Part shown: piece after piece, positions 28,563-38,419 of the stretch
Position numbering within the stretch: the first letter of the stretch is position 1
How the letters are laid out: the number at the start of each line of letters is the position of its first letter
Assembly (NCBI GenBank): GCA_963707505.1
Contig: CAVPQB010000004.1
Coordinates: forward strand, 192,001 to 256,000
Source of the DNA: an uncultured Gemmatimonadales bacterium
Lineage (GTDB): Bacteria > Gemmatimonadota > Gemmatimonadetes > Gemmatimonadales > Gemmatimonadaceae
Reading direction: 5' to 3'
DNA length: 64,000 bases
Translations under genes and position numbers: made by a program
The notes under the pieces: generated by a model
The model's input: only the letters and a program-made list of their open reading frames with translations
What the model was told of the DNA's origin: nothing
The model's database searches: none

Positions 28563-31043
28563 ATGAAAGCACGTATCTGGCTGGGCGCGGGAGCCGTTGT
28601 CGCTGGATTGACGGCGCTCGTATCGATCGGAAATGCCCGTCCGCAAGGGCCCGGTCATTCTGACCCGAGCCGCTACGGCCACTCGGATCGTGTCGAACGT
28701 CACATGCTTCCCGCGGTCTCCACTGGACCGATGGCCCCCGTGTGGAGTCCGGACGGACGCTGGATCGCGTTCTCCATGCGCGGTGACATCTGGAAGATTC
28801 CGGCCGAGGGCGGCGAAGCGATTGCACTCACGTCCGGCCCCGGTGATTACTTCGAGCCGGCGTGGAGTCCTGATAGCAAGCGCATCGCGCTGTCGATGGA
28901 CACTGGCAATTCCAATCTCGACATCGGTATCGTGAGTGCCAACGGCGGCGCCGTGCAGCGCATCACTACCGATTCGGCAGTGGATGTCGAGCCCGTCTGG
29001 AGTCACGACGGAAAGAGTATCTACTTTGTAAGTCCGCGCGGGCCGGGTCGTGGCGAGTCGTTCCACATATATCGTCACGATCTTGCGAGCAATACAGACG
29101 AGCAGATCGTTGCAGGAATTCAGCCCGCTGTCTCTCCCGATGGGAATCAGCTTGCTTACGTCGCGCCCGAGCGCGGACGGCTTGGCAGCGGCGGAATCTG
29201 GGTGAAGCAACTTCCATCCGGCGAGCCGCGTCTCGTGCAGTACGAGGAGAGCGAGTATCGCATGCGGCCGGTCTGGACTCCTGACGCTACTTCGTTGATG
29301 TACGTGTCCGACGAAGGCGGGAGTAACGATGTGATGATCGTCCCGGTCACTGGTGGAAATCCAGAGCGTCTCACGGCCGATGCGCGCGATGAGTACGAGC
29401 CTTCGCCAAGTCCGGATGGTAGCAGGTTTGCGTTCGTGTCGAATCGCGCTGGCGCAACGGTGCTCTACACTGCCAGCATCGGCGGCGGCCCCTTCTCGTC
29501 CTGGTCGGCGGTGCCTATCCGCAGCCGTAAGCCGGTAGTACCGAACGGGCGAGTTCATGTCACTGTCCTTGGACCCGATGGCAAACCGACCCCTGCACGC
29601 ATCTACATAACGGCAAGCGACGGACGCGGCTACGCACCCGAGGGCGGGTTCCATCGTGCGATCGCGGCGACGGGAACGCAGTACTTCCAGACTACCGGCG
29701 CGTTCGACGTCAACGTCCCCGAGGGACAGACGCGGATCGAAGCTCTCAAGGGCTACGAATATCGTCCGTCGTCCGTGAAGATCGATGTGACGGCCGGAGG
29801 AACCAGGAGTGTGACGATCCGGCTGGCACGCCTCGTCGACCTTCCGGCGCGCGGCTGGTACTCCGGCGACACACACATCCACGATCTGCATCAGGGGCGT
29901 TTCGGCCTCACACATCAGGCATTCTTCGACGAGCTGCGCGCGGAAGATCTGCACGTTACCAATGCGCTGATCCACATGGACGGCACGCGACTCATGGGTC
30001 GATGGGACGACCTGACGGGAAAGCCAAGCCCGCTGTCGACGCCGCAGTACATCCTGCAATACGCTGAGGAGTTTCGCGGTTTGCTGGGACACATCTCGAT
30101 ACTCGGCATCAAGCGGTTCATCATGCCGCTAACGGGTGGAGTGCCCAATACGTCCTATGCGCAGCCGACCCTCGACGCGATGTACATCGATTCGGCGCAC
30201 GCGCAGGGCGGCATCGCCGGATTTCCCCATCCGTATTACTCGCTCGTCAAGACACCAGCGCAGGCCGCAAGCACGCTGATCCCCGTCGACGCAGCACTCG
30301 GCAAGGGTGACTACTACGACATAGGCGCCGTGTGGTCCGACGAGTACTCGTCCGCGGAGATGTACTACCGTTTGCTCAATTGCGGATTCCGAATTCCCGC
30401 AACGTCAGGTACGGATAACTTCTCCGACGTCTGGCGTGATCCGCCGCCAGGCACCGACCGCACGTACGTGCACGTGAAGGGACCCCTCACCCTCGCCAGC
30501 TGGTTTGCCGGGATCAAGGCGGGCCATACGTTCGGCTCTACAGGACCGCTCGTATTTCTCGATGTCGCTGGGCGCGAGCCTGGTGACGAAATCGCGCTCG
30601 CATCCAGCGCGCCAGGCACGCTCAAGGTAAGCGCCAATGCAGTATCGATCGCTCCGATGTCGCAACTGGACATTCTTGTTAACGGCAAGGTCGTGCGCAG
30701 CATCACCCCATCGAGCGCAGCGGACTCATTGAAGCTGGTATTCAGTGACACTGTTGCAATCCCCGAGGGGGGATGGATCGCGGCACGAGTCATCGGCCCG
30801 TCGTCGCGCTACATCGGAGACGGTTACTCGTTCGCGCAGACGAGTCCGGTGTACGTCGTTCGCGGCGGACACCAGTACATCTCGGCTGAAGATGCGCACT
30901 TCCTCGGACAGGCCGTCGATGCCGTCTGGACGAAAGAGGAGCACGCACCCTGGCGCACGAATGCGGAACGAGACCGTTTTCATGATGAGATCCTGCGCGC
31001 GCGAGCCGTGTATCAGCGACTCGAGGATCAGGCGAAACGGTAG
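28563..31043 (+). CDS. Secreted TolB-like propeller + PHP-type (CehA/McbA family) metallohydrolase
   Basis: WSPDG repeats in the N-half; GWYSGDTHIH, EEFR..LGH, FPHP and SGTD in the C-half. Confidence 0.85.
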   Translation: MKARIWLGAGAVVAGLTALVSIGNARPQGPGHSDPSRYGHSDRVERHMLPAVSTGPMAPVWSPDGRWIAFSMRGDIWKIPAEGGEAIALTSGPGDYFEPAWSPDSKRIALSMDTGNSNLDIGIVSANGGAVQRITTDSAVDVEPVWSHDGKSIYFVSPRGPGRGESFHIYRHDLASNTDEQIVAGIQPAVSPDGNQLAYVAPERGRLGSGGIWVKQLPSGEPRLVQYEESEYRMRPVWTPDATSLMYVSDEGGSNDVMIVPVTGGNPERLTADARDEYEPSPSPDGSRFAFVSNRAGATVLYTASIGGGPFSSWSAVPIRSRKPVVPNGRVHVTVLGPDGKPTPARIYITASDGRGYAPEGGFHRAIAATGTQYFQTTGAFDVNVPEGQTRIEALKGYEYRPSSVKIDVTAGGTRSVTIRLARLVDLPARGWYSGDTHIHDLHQGRFGLTHQAFFDELRAEDLHVTNALIHMDGTRLMGRWDDLTGKPSPLSTPQYILQYAEEFRGLLGHISILGIKRFIMPLTGGVPNTSYAQPTLDAMYIDSAHAQGGIAGFPHPYYSLVKTPAQAASTLIPVDAALGKGDYYDIGAVWSDEYSSAEMYYRLLNCGFRIPATSGTDNFSDVWRDPPPGTDRTYVHVKGPLTLASWFAGIKAGHTFGSTGPLVFLDVAGREPGDEIALASSAPGTLKVSANAVSIAPMSQLDILVNGKVVRSITPSSAADSLKLVFSDTVAIPEGGWIAARVIGPSSRYIGDGYSFAQTSPVYVVRGGHQYISAEDAHFLGQAVDAVWTKEEHAPWRTNAERDRFHDEILRARAVYQRLEDQAKR

Positions 31044-31062
31044 GCTTGTACGGTAGGCTTGT
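31037..31062 (+). repeat. Perfect 13-bp tandem duplication spanning the stop codon
   Basis: acggtaggcttgt x2. Confidence 0.8.
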
Positions 31063-31085
31063 GCAGTACAGGTACGATTGATCAT

Positions 31086-31121
31086 ATGTCGTCATCCCAT
31101 CGAAGGCTGGGATGACGACAT
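31086..31121. repeat. REP-like palindrome between convergent genes
   Basis: atgtcgtcatccca tcgaaggc tgggatgacgacat. Confidence 0.85.
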
Positions 31122-31141
31122 TCACCGTGCGCGCTATCCTG

Positions 31142-32551
31142 TTAGATGAACGACAATCCTTCCATCTTCGCCGGCGTGACACCCAACACCGCGCACGCCG
31201 ACGCCATCACATCTACAGTGCGGCGCGCCGGTCCCTGAGTGGGTCGATTGGTAATGAGCGGCACCAGCATGTGCTCCCGATGCAACGCACCGTGGGACGA
31301 GACGTGCGGAATCGGCTCGTAGTGCGCGCGGAAATCCCAATCCGGAGCCGCTGACAGTATCATGTCGCCGCTTCGCGAGCACGACGAGATGCGCGCTATC
31401 TGTACTATCGCGTCAGGATAGAAACTGCCAACGGTTACATCGAATGCATCGCTCTCGCTCATGTCATCGTGCTCGCCGATTCCGAGCGGATCTCCCGTCA
31501 CAGGGCGGTACGCGTATCGCGCGTCGTCCCATGTGACAACCGCGCAGCCCCGGTCGCTCGTGCGCACCTCGCACGACGTGGGCGACAGCGGAAGCAACAT
31601 CACGTCGACGGATTCTCGGCTCACGAGCATGTTTGCGACACAATCCCACTCGCTGGCGAGCGACGGCCAGAACATTCGTGTTCTGCTCTTGAGCTCCGCG
31701 TAGATGTGAGCCATCGCGTTTCCACTTACAGCTACCGCGATCTGTGCTCCGCGCCGCACGGTCCACGGATGCGCTACCACCTTGAAACCAAGCGAAGCTG
31801 TAACACCCGCAAGATCTTCGTGTGCTCTGACGGGCGAGTGCCCGTGATCGCTCACGATCCAGAGATGCGTCGAATCCCAATTGCCGGCGCGCTCCGCGTC
31901 TGCTCGAATTCGCCGGCACACATCGTCCACCACCCGCATTGCGTCGTGCACCATCGGCGAGTCGTGTCCGAACGCGTGTGACGCCTTGTCTATTCCCGTG
32001 AATGCGGCAAATGCGAACTCCGGTCGCTCATCCCGGACACGTTCCACGAATCTGTCGCCAATGTTGCGATCGATGTCCAGCCAGCCGGAAACCTTCCCCC
32101 GATAGTGTGTGATCGCAGTGCGCGCGACGAATGCGGCGCCGCTCCCGATCTGTCTGGACGACGGCAGTCCGCGTCGAATGACACTCAGCGCGCCGATGCT
32201 CGAGTCGGCAAGCTCGAACATTGTTTCGGCGTCCTCATTCAGATCGCGATCCAGAAAGCGACACTGCGGCCCGATATAGCTGCGCGCATAGCTCGGCCAT
32301 CTGCACGCCGAGTGCGCGCGATCGTACCATCTGAGACCCGGCAGGCCGACGGAACCGGGATGCTGCCCGGTGAGAAACGGAGTATATGCCGGCCCGGTTA
32401 CCGAAGGGAATGCGGTAGTGATCGTGTGGAATCCACCATCCTCGGCAAGTTGCGCGAGTGCGGGAAGCTCGCGGGACTGCAGCGCGGCGCCCAGTACGTC
32501 CGGGCGTGCGCCGTCGGCCAGCAGGATTATTACAGAGGGGGAAGGGGGCAC
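31142..32551 (-). CDS. Alkaline phosphatase family / nucleotide pyrophosphatase-phosphodiesterase
   Basis: LADGAR, FPSVT, D..SH, SDHG and SHG motifs. Confidence 0.85.
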   Translation of the reverse strand: MPPSPSVIILLADGARPDVLGAALQSRELPALAQLAEDGGFHTITTAFPSVTGPAYTPFLTGQHPGSVGLPGLRWYDRAHSACRWPSYARSYIGPQCRFLDRDLNEDAETMFELADSSIGALSVIRRGLPSSRQIGSGAAFVARTAITHYRGKVSGWLDIDRNIGDRFVERVRDERPEFAFAAFTGIDKASHAFGHDSPMVHDAMRVVDDVCRRIRADAERAGNWDSTHLWIVSDHGHSPVRAHEDLAGVTASLGFKVVAHPWTVRRGAQIAVAVSGNAMAHIYAELKSRTRMFWPSLASEWDCVANMLVSRESVDVMLLPLSPTSCEVRTSDRGCAVVTWDDARYAYRPVTGDPLGIGEHDDMSESDAFDVTVGSFYPDAIVQIARISSCSRSGDMILSAAPDWDFRAHYEPIPHVSSHGALHREHMLVPLITNRPTQGPARRTVDVMASACAVLGVTPAKMEGLSFI

Positions 32552-32562
32552 TAGATTCGGTT

Positions 32563-33615
32563 ATGGCAAAAACCGCAGCCAGACAATCTAAGAAGACCAA
32601 GAAGCGCGCCACACCGACGCTTGTTCGTGATCCCGTCTCTACCGAGCCAGTTCCAACGAAGGCCGCCAAGGCACCAAGGACCGCTTCCGGTAAACGGGTA
32701 AACCCGCAACTGCTCAAGCAGGCGAGCAAGACTGCACTGGAGGGAACCAGGGAGCGCACCGAGGCCGGCCACATGATGGCGGGCCGGACCCCTCCATCTC
32801 AGGTGAATCCACAGCGTCAGTCCGGTGCCACGCGCAAGGTCGACGAGTCGATCCGCGATACGCCAGAGTACGTCTCGGCTTCCAGCGTAACCGAGGATGA
32901 GAAGCTGCTCCAGGCGCCACGCTCCGCGGAGGAGGACTATACCAAGACGGATCCGTGGCGCGTCATGCGCATCACCGCAGAGTTCGTCGAGGGGATGGAT
33001 GCGCTCGCGGACGTTCGGCGCGGGGTTTCGGTATTCGGTTCCGCGCGCACTGCACCGGATGATCCCATGTATCAGGCCGCCGAGGAGACTGGCCGATTGC
33101 TTGCCGCCGCCGGTTTCACCGTTGTCACCGGTGCGGGACCCGGCGTGATGGAGGCCGCGAACAAGGGCGCCAAGGAAGGAGGCGGACACTCGGTCGGCTG
33201 CAACATCGAGCTTCCATTCGAGCAGGGTGCGAACCCGTACGTCGATACGCTTGTGAACTTCCGCTATTTCTTCGTGCGCAAGACGATGTTCGTGAAATAC
33301 TCCAACGCGTTCGTCATCTTTCCGGGCGGATTCGGCACGCTCGATGAAATGTTCGAGGCGATCACGCTGATACAGACCGGCAAGATCTATCAGTTCCCGG
33401 TCATTCTGTTCGGCCGGGCGTACTGGGCAGGACTCGTGCGCTGGCTCCAGTCTAAAGTGCTGGTCGAGCGGAAGATTTCGCCCACCGATCTGGATCTGCT
33501 GATAATGACCGACGATCCGCGCGAAGTCGTGGACACCATATCGCAGGCGTATGTCGCCGAAACGCGTACCGTCGAGCGCCGCAAGATCGGGCCGGCCCAC
33601 TCGGCGGGCAAGTAG
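32563..33615 (+). CDS. LOG-family (TIGR00730-type) nucleotide phosphoribohydrolase with Lys-rich N-terminal extension
   Basis: VSVFGSAR, TGAGPGVMEAANKGA, FRYFFVRK and PGGFGTLDE motifs; start uncertain. Confidence 0.9.
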   Translation: MAKTAARQSKKTKKRATPTLVRDPVSTEPVPTKAAKAPRTASGKRVNPQLLKQASKTALEGTRERTEAGHMMAGRTPPSQVNPQRQSGATRKVDESIRDTPEYVSASSVTEDEKLLQAPRSAEEDYTKTDPWRVMRITAEFVEGMDALADVRRGVSVFGSARTAPDDPMYQAAEETGRLLAAAGFTVVTGAGPGVMEAANKGAKEGGGHSVGCNIELPFEQGANPYVDTLVNFRYFFVRKTMFVKYSNAFVIFPGGFGTLDEMFEAITLIQTGKIYQFPVILFGRAYWAGLVRWLQSKVLVERKISPTDLDLLIMTDDPREVVDTISQAYVAETRTVERRKIGPAHSAGK

Positions 33616-33644
33616 ATTTGGCAATCAATTCCAACGTGACTACG

Positions 33645-34634
33645 ATGACAGATAACTCTTCCAAAGCACCGATCACCGCATTCATTCGCGAGCATTTCCG
33701 CCATTTCAATGCCGCGACGGTTATCGACGCCGCGGATGCGTACAGCAAGCATCTCGATAACGGTGGCAAGATGCTCGTGACGCTTGCCGGCGCGATGAGT
33801 ACTGCAGAGATCGGGAGATCACTCGCAGACATGATCCGTCAGGACAAGGTCCACGCAATCAGCTGCACGGGCGCCAATCTGGAAGAGGACATCTTCAATC
33901 TTGTGGCGCACGATTACTACGAGCGTGTTCCGCATTACCGCGATCTTACTCCGTCTGATGAGCAGGCGCTGCTGAATCGTCACATGAATCGTGTTACCGA
34001 CACCTGCATCCCCGAGATGGAAGCCATGCGCCGCATCGAGAGCGTCGTGCTCGATGAGTGGGTTGCGGCAGATCGGAAGAAGGAACGCTTTTTCCCGCAT
34101 GAATTCATGTACAAGATTCTTCGCGGCGGAAAGCTCAAGGGCGAATATCAGATCGATCCAAAAAACTCCTGGATGCTCGCGGCGATGGAGAAGAATCTTC
34201 CAATGTTCGTGCCAGGCTGGGAGGATTCCACGCTCGGCAACATGTATTCCGGCCACGTGATAACGGGCGACGTGAAGAATGTGCATACCGTTCGTACCGG
34301 CATCGAGTACATGATCGAGCTCGCAGACTTCTACACAACGCTGACCAGATCCACCTCGCTCGGATTCTTCCAGATCGGTGGAGGGATCGCCGGTGATTTC
34401 CCGATCTGCGTCGTCCCGATGTTGCATCAGGATCTGCAGCGTCCGGAAGTTCCGCTGTGGGGCTATTTCTGCCAGATCAGCGACTCGACCACGAGCTACG
34501 GATCGTATTCCGGCGCCGTCCCGAACGAGAAGATCACGTGGGGCAAGCTGGGCATCGATACTCCCAGGTACATCATCGAGAGCGATGCATCGATCGTCGC
34601 ACCGTTGATGTTCGCGATGATCATGGGTCAGTAG
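33645..34634 (+). CDS. Deoxyhypusine synthase-like protein (putative homospermidine synthesis)
   Basis: LAGAMSTAE, TGANLEED, DSTLG, GGG and SYSGAVPNEKITWGK with the catalytic Lys. Confidence 0.9.
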   Translation: MTDNSSKAPITAFIREHFRHFNAATVIDAADAYSKHLDNGGKMLVTLAGAMSTAEIGRSLADMIRQDKVHAISCTGANLEEDIFNLVAHDYYERVPHYRDLTPSDEQALLNRHMNRVTDTCIPEMEAMRRIESVVLDEWVAADRKKERFFPHEFMYKILRGGKLKGEYQIDPKNSWMLAAMEKNLPMFVPGWEDSTLGNMYSGHVITGDVKNVHTVRTGIEYMIELADFYTTLTRSTSLGFFQIGGGIAGDFPICVVPMLHQDLQRPEVPLWGYFCQISDSTTSYGSYSGAVPNEKITWGKLGIDTPRYIIESDASIVAPLMFAMIMGQ

Positions 34635-34637
34635 GCG

Positions 34638-35024
34638 ATGCAGCCCGTCGCGCGTACGTTCATCGCACTCGGTAGTATCAACGCCGCGCTAGCCGTAATC
34701 CTCGGCGCATTCGGAGCGCATGCGCTCAAGGCGCGGATCTCGCCGGAGATGTTGTCCGTGTATCACACGGCGTCGCAGTACCATTTCTATCACGCACTCG
34801 GCATGTTGCTCATTGGCGCGCTCGCAAGCCAGTTTCGGACTCCTGGAGCGCTGCAACTTTCCGGCTTCCTGATGCTCGCGGGCATCGTACTGTTTTCCGG
34901 CAGCCTTTACATCCTCGCGGTAACCGGTGTTACGTGGCTCGGCGCCATCACACCATTGGGCGGTGTGGCATTCATCGCGGCGTGGGTCGTGCTGGGCTAC
35001 GCGGCGCTGCGGGCGACCACCTAA
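34638..35024 (+). CDS. DUF423 (YgdD/TMEM256) membrane protein
   Basis: GAFGAH, YHFYHAL, LFSGSLY and GAITPLGG motifs. Confidence 0.9.
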   Translation: MQPVARTFIALGSINAALAVILGAFGAHALKARISPEMLSVYHTASQYHFYHALGMLLIGALASQFRTPGALQLSGFLMLAGIVLFSGSLYILAVTGVTWLGAITPLGGVAFIAAWVVLGYAALRATT

Positions 35025-35533
35025 CCGGACTTCCGCCCCGCACCATCTCCGGCAGCGAGCGTCTGCTCCAGACGAGTCAGCAACTCCCCCTGCGCCGCGT
35101 TGATTCGCCCGCGCGCTGCCGCCGAATCGAACCAGCCGCAGCGATCCACTTCCGGAAAGGTGATCATACGACCCGATCCGCGCGGCCATTCGGTTGTCAT
35201 GCTGTTACTGACAATCGTGTCTGGATCGGCGTCCCCCTCGAACGCCCATGCATGCACGATCTTGCCGGCGCGCTGCCGGATGCTGCCCAGATCGATGAAC
35301 GGACCCGCAGGTGCGATCCCGGTCTCTTCCTGAAATTCTCTGCGCGCCGCATCCAGGATTGCCTCGCCGGCTTCCACGCCACCCTTGGGTATCGTCCACG
35401 CGCCGTCCTCCCGGTTCGCCCAGAACGGACCGCCCGGGTGCGCCAGGAAGAATTCGAGCGCGGCCGACCCCGCACCGCGGCGAAACAGAAGTAGTCCCGC
35501 ACTGAGGTTGGGGCGGCGAGCCTGTGGACTCAT
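35021..35533 (-). CDS. NUDIX hydrolase
   Basis: HPGGPFW, W.IPKG..AARREFQEETG and FPEVDR motifs. Confidence 0.9.
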   Translation of the reverse strand: MSPQARRPNLSAGLLLFRRGAGSAALEFFLAHPGGPFWANREDGAWTIPKGGVEAGEAILDAARREFQEETGIAPAGPFIDLGSIRQRAGKIVHAWAFEGDADPDTIVSNSMTTEWPRGSGRMITFPEVDRCGWFDSAAARGRINAAQGELLTRLEQTLAAGDGAGRKSG

Positions 35534-35690
35534 GAGGGGTTGGATGGTTTGATAGGTGCGTAGGATGAACAGCAGTTCGAATGCGAAGCCACGCCGCGAT
35601 CCGTGGTAATCTATATCTACGTCCGAGCGTATTCATTTGGTCCGTGTTTCTGACCTTTCGCACTTCACAGTACTACACATTCACTTCATG

Positions 35691-36164
35691 TTACTGCGCT
35701 CTCGGGACGAACAGCAACTGCATGGCGTCGCCGTCCGCCAGGAATCCGTGCCTCTCGTACATCGCGCGCGTGCGGATCGTCGGCCAGAGAAACACGGCAT
35801 GGACCTGCCTTCGCGCACTCCACTCGAGAACCCTGGACAGCATGTCGGACCCGATACCGCGCCCGCGAGCCGGCTCCAGCACAAAAAAGTTCGTGAGATA
35901 CGCATGTTCTTCGGGCTCGTCGGTCGGGGTCGGGATCTTCTCAACGAGCTGAATCCAGACGTTTCCGATCAGCCGGTCACCATCTTCAGCGACCCAGCAA
36001 TACCAGCGACCGTCACCCAACCGCTCGATCATCCATGACCGGCAGCGCTCGATAAAATCCCGCGCATCTTCGATGGGCGCCGAGAGATTGGAGCGAAAGT
36101 CGTAGCGAAGCTGGGCTAGCCGTGCGACGTCGTCGCGGCTTGCGTGTCTTATCTGGTAAGCCAT
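35691..36164 (-). CDS. GNAT N-acetyltransferase
   Basis: RGRGIG and MYERHGF motifs. Confidence 0.85.
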   Translation of the reverse strand: MAYQIRHASRDDVARLAQLRYDFRSNLSAPIEDARDFIERCRSWMIERLGDGRWYCWVAEDGDRLIGNVWIQLVEKIPTPTDEPEEHAYLTNFFVLEPARGRGIGSDMLSRVLEWSARRQVHAVFLWPTIRTRAMYERHGFLADGDAMQLLFVPRAQ

Positions 36165-36210
36165 CCGATCAGTCGAATACGAATAGATGAGTGGCGGATC
36201 GGGCTGGCGC

Positions 36211-36840
36211 TCAACGCCGGCTTGCCAGCGCGATCCGAAGTCCGAGTCCGATGAATATCATGCCGGTGATCTTGTGCAGTATATCGACCGACTTGCTATT
36301 CGCGCGCACGCGTTCGGCCGCGCGACTCGCACCGAGCGCGACGATCGTGTTCACCGCAGTGCCGGACGTGTCGAAGATCAGGCCGAGCACGACGATCTGC
36401 GCAGCCGCACTTCCGCGTGCGGGATCGACGAACTGTGGCAGGAATGCGAGGAAGAAAAGCGCGACCTTTGGATTCAGAATATTGGTGATTGCACCCTGGC
36501 GAAAGATCGTCGCGAGAGATGCGTGCGCGACTTCTCGTGTCGCGATCGGTGAGTGCTTCGCGAATGCTCGCACGCCCAGATACATGAGATAGATCGCGCC
36601 GCCAATGCGCACGACTGTATACGCGATTGGCACAGCCGCGAGCAGTGCGGCCAGGCCGAGCGCCACCGCGGTAATGTGAAACAGTGTGCCCGTCGCGATG
36701 CCGAGCGAGGAAACAATGCCGGCGGCGCGCCCCTCGCTGGTGCTGCGTGCCGCGACGTAAAGCATGTCGGGTCCAGGTGTCACATTGAGAGCGAGGCCGG
36801 CCGCCATGAAGAGCAGCAGCGAATGTAGCGGAGGAATCAC
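36211..36840 (-). CDS. LysE/RhtB-family exporter
   Basis: TPGPD, GAIYLMYLG and NILNPKVALFF motifs. Confidence 0.92.
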   Translation of the reverse strand: MIPPLHSLLLFMAAGLALNVTPGPDMLYVAARSTSEGRAAGIVSSLGIATGTLFHITAVALGLAALLAAVPIAYTVVRIGGAIYLMYLGVRAFAKHSPIATREVAHASLATIFRQGAITNILNPKVALFFLAFLPQFVDPARGSAAAQIVVLGLIFDTSGTAVNTIVALGASRAAERVRANSKSVDILHKITGMIFIGLGLRIALASRR

Positions 36841-37460
36841 GAGGTGGATGACTGGTTCCCCTCACCTCGCCCCCGCGATATCGCGCGCGCATCCACCTCC
36901 GCGATCGCTTGTTGGGCCTGTTGCCAGTCGATGACAGGGGCGACGTCCTCGTCATCGAGCTGCAGCGATTCGGTCGCGCGCTGCACAATCGCTTCGCCAT
37001 TCGGAATCGCCAATCCGAATTCGAGCTCGGCTTGTCTGCACAGCCTTTCTTCGTCCGGTCGTTCAGTCGGATCGGATTTTCCCATCGCGAACACGTGCGC
37101 GTGCATTCCCTCGTGCACGATTGACGACGCGATCTGCGCTTCGGTGAATTCCGGATTCACGCTGAACGTGAGCTCGACCAGACATGTGCGCGAATCGGGA
37201 TAGAACGCCGCGCGGCATGGATAACGCACGACGTGGATGCGGGAAAAATCCTGCGTCAGCTGCGCGAAAGTGGCGGGCCGGTATTGCTGGATGAGTCCAA
37301 GCGCCGTATCGAGGCGCCTGAACACGAGCTCGGAGTTTATGTCGGGGCGCGTGTTGATCAGCGTAACCGGGAGCCCGCGCAGGGTGCGCTTCTCGGTGGC
37401 CCAACCCTGCAACGCGCGCATCGCCTGTACGCGCCATCTTTCAACGAGGTCGCCCAGCAT
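36837..37460 (-). CDS. Hypothetical protein with HExxH zinc-metalloprotease-like motif
   Basis: SSIVHEGMHAH followed by EE; its stop overlaps the LysE start. Confidence 0.65.
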   Translation of the reverse strand: MLGDLVERWRVQAMRALQGWATEKRTLRGLPVTLINTRPDINSELVFRRLDTALGLIQQYRPATFAQLTQDFSRIHVVRYPCRAAFYPDSRTCLVELTFSVNPEFTEAQIASSIVHEGMHAHVFAMGKSDPTERPDEERLCRQAELEFGLAIPNGEAIVQRATESLQLDDEDVAPVIDWQQAQQAIAEVDARAISRGRGEGNQSSTS

Positions 37461-37537
37461 GATCGTAACTTCGCTGGCGACGCTGGGGCTGTCTAGTTGG
37501 GACGCAGTGCGGCGAAGTGCCGCGTTAGTCGGAAGCA

Positions 37538-37585
37538 GTCATCCCGCCCTGCATCGTCATCCCAGCCTTCGGGGGGATGACGATG
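37538..37585. repeat. REP-like palindrome plus a partial copy
   Basis: gtcatccc.. catcgtcatccc agccttcggg gggatgacgatg; the reverse complement matches the 31086 copy. Confidence 0.8.
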
Positions 37586-37605
37586 GAAGCGTGAGGTCGT
37601 GCCTC

Positions 37606-37782
37606 CTACTTGCCGCCCCCGTGCGGCGCCGCCTTGTTGATCAGCGTGCCGATCGTCATTCCGGCGGCGATTCCGAGCGCGACGGCGACCGGGAGATGGT
37701 GCGTATTGGCGGCGAAGGTGGCGCCCATGGCACCTCCTATGATGATCCAGCGGCCGCGATTGTCATTGGCGTTGACCTGCAT
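37606..37782 (-). CDS. 58-aa glycine-zipper small membrane protein (not in ORF track)
   Basis: Manual translation MQVNANDNRGRWIIIGGAMGATFAANTHHLPVAVALGIAAGMTIGTLINKAAPHGGGK*; GGAGA RBS. Confidence 0.6.
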   Translation of the reverse strand: MQVNANDNRGRWIIIGGAMGATFAANTHHLPVAVALGIAAGMTIGTLINKAAPHGGGK

Positions 37783-37883
37783 CGGCTTCTCCGTGCAAAG
37801 GTTCTGTCGCTCGATCGGGCTCTGGAGGCAGCCCAGTTATAGACGTGCCTCGGGCGGCGACGTCACCGGCCCGGGGGGGGCGG

Positions 37884-38384
37884 TTATCCCTTCGTATCGG
37901 CGGAAGGCCCGTAAACAGATGGTAAGGGGACGTCGTTCAGACGCAGATAGACGCTCAACTGCCCACGGTGGTGGATCATGTGGCTCAGGATGAATGACCT
38001 CAATACGGCGGCGCGCGGAAGGGTCCAGACCGTCCTGCCAGCCCTCCGGAGTGTCCAGGGTTCCATCATGTCGGAATCCGACGCCGACTCGATGGCTGCG
38101 CGGGCGCGCCGTACATTCTCGTCGAAAGTGCGAATCAGATTCGCCGTGGAATCGAATTCCGGACTTCTTCCGCCGCCCGACTCGCTCAGGTCCAGCTCGT
38201 CCGCTTCCATTGCTATGAGACCAAGCCGCGGCAGATTGCCGATGTGCGCCGCGAGCTCGCCCAGAGTCCATGACTTGATGTGCGGTGTCCATTGCGCGCG
38301 AGTTTCGGGCACGCGTTCGAGCATCGTGCGAGTTGTCGCCATCTCCTGATCGAACTCTGGAAGCACGCTTGCGGCAATCGACAT
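37884..38384 (-). CDS. DinB-family protein
   Basis: EFDQEMATTR, SWTLGELAAH and HMIHHRGQLSVYLR..VP.VYGPSAD; CAGGAG RBS. Confidence 0.9.
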   Translation of the reverse strand: MSIAASVLPEFDQEMATTRTMLERVPETRAQWTPHIKSWTLGELAAHIGNLPRLGLIAMEADELDLSESGGGRSPEFDSTANLIRTFDENVRRARAAIESASDSDMMEPWTLRRAGRTVWTLPRAAVLRSFILSHMIHHRGQLSVYLRLNDVPLPSVYGPSADTKG

Positions 38385-38419
38385 CTCATTCTCCTGACAG
38401 AGTCGCGACGGAGAATTTT

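Noticed and set aside
20620..30092. Long antisense ORFs (e.g. 20620-22140, 28434-30092) as overlapping genes
   Set aside because: They are shadow ORFs of high-GC coding strands with no recognisable motifs.
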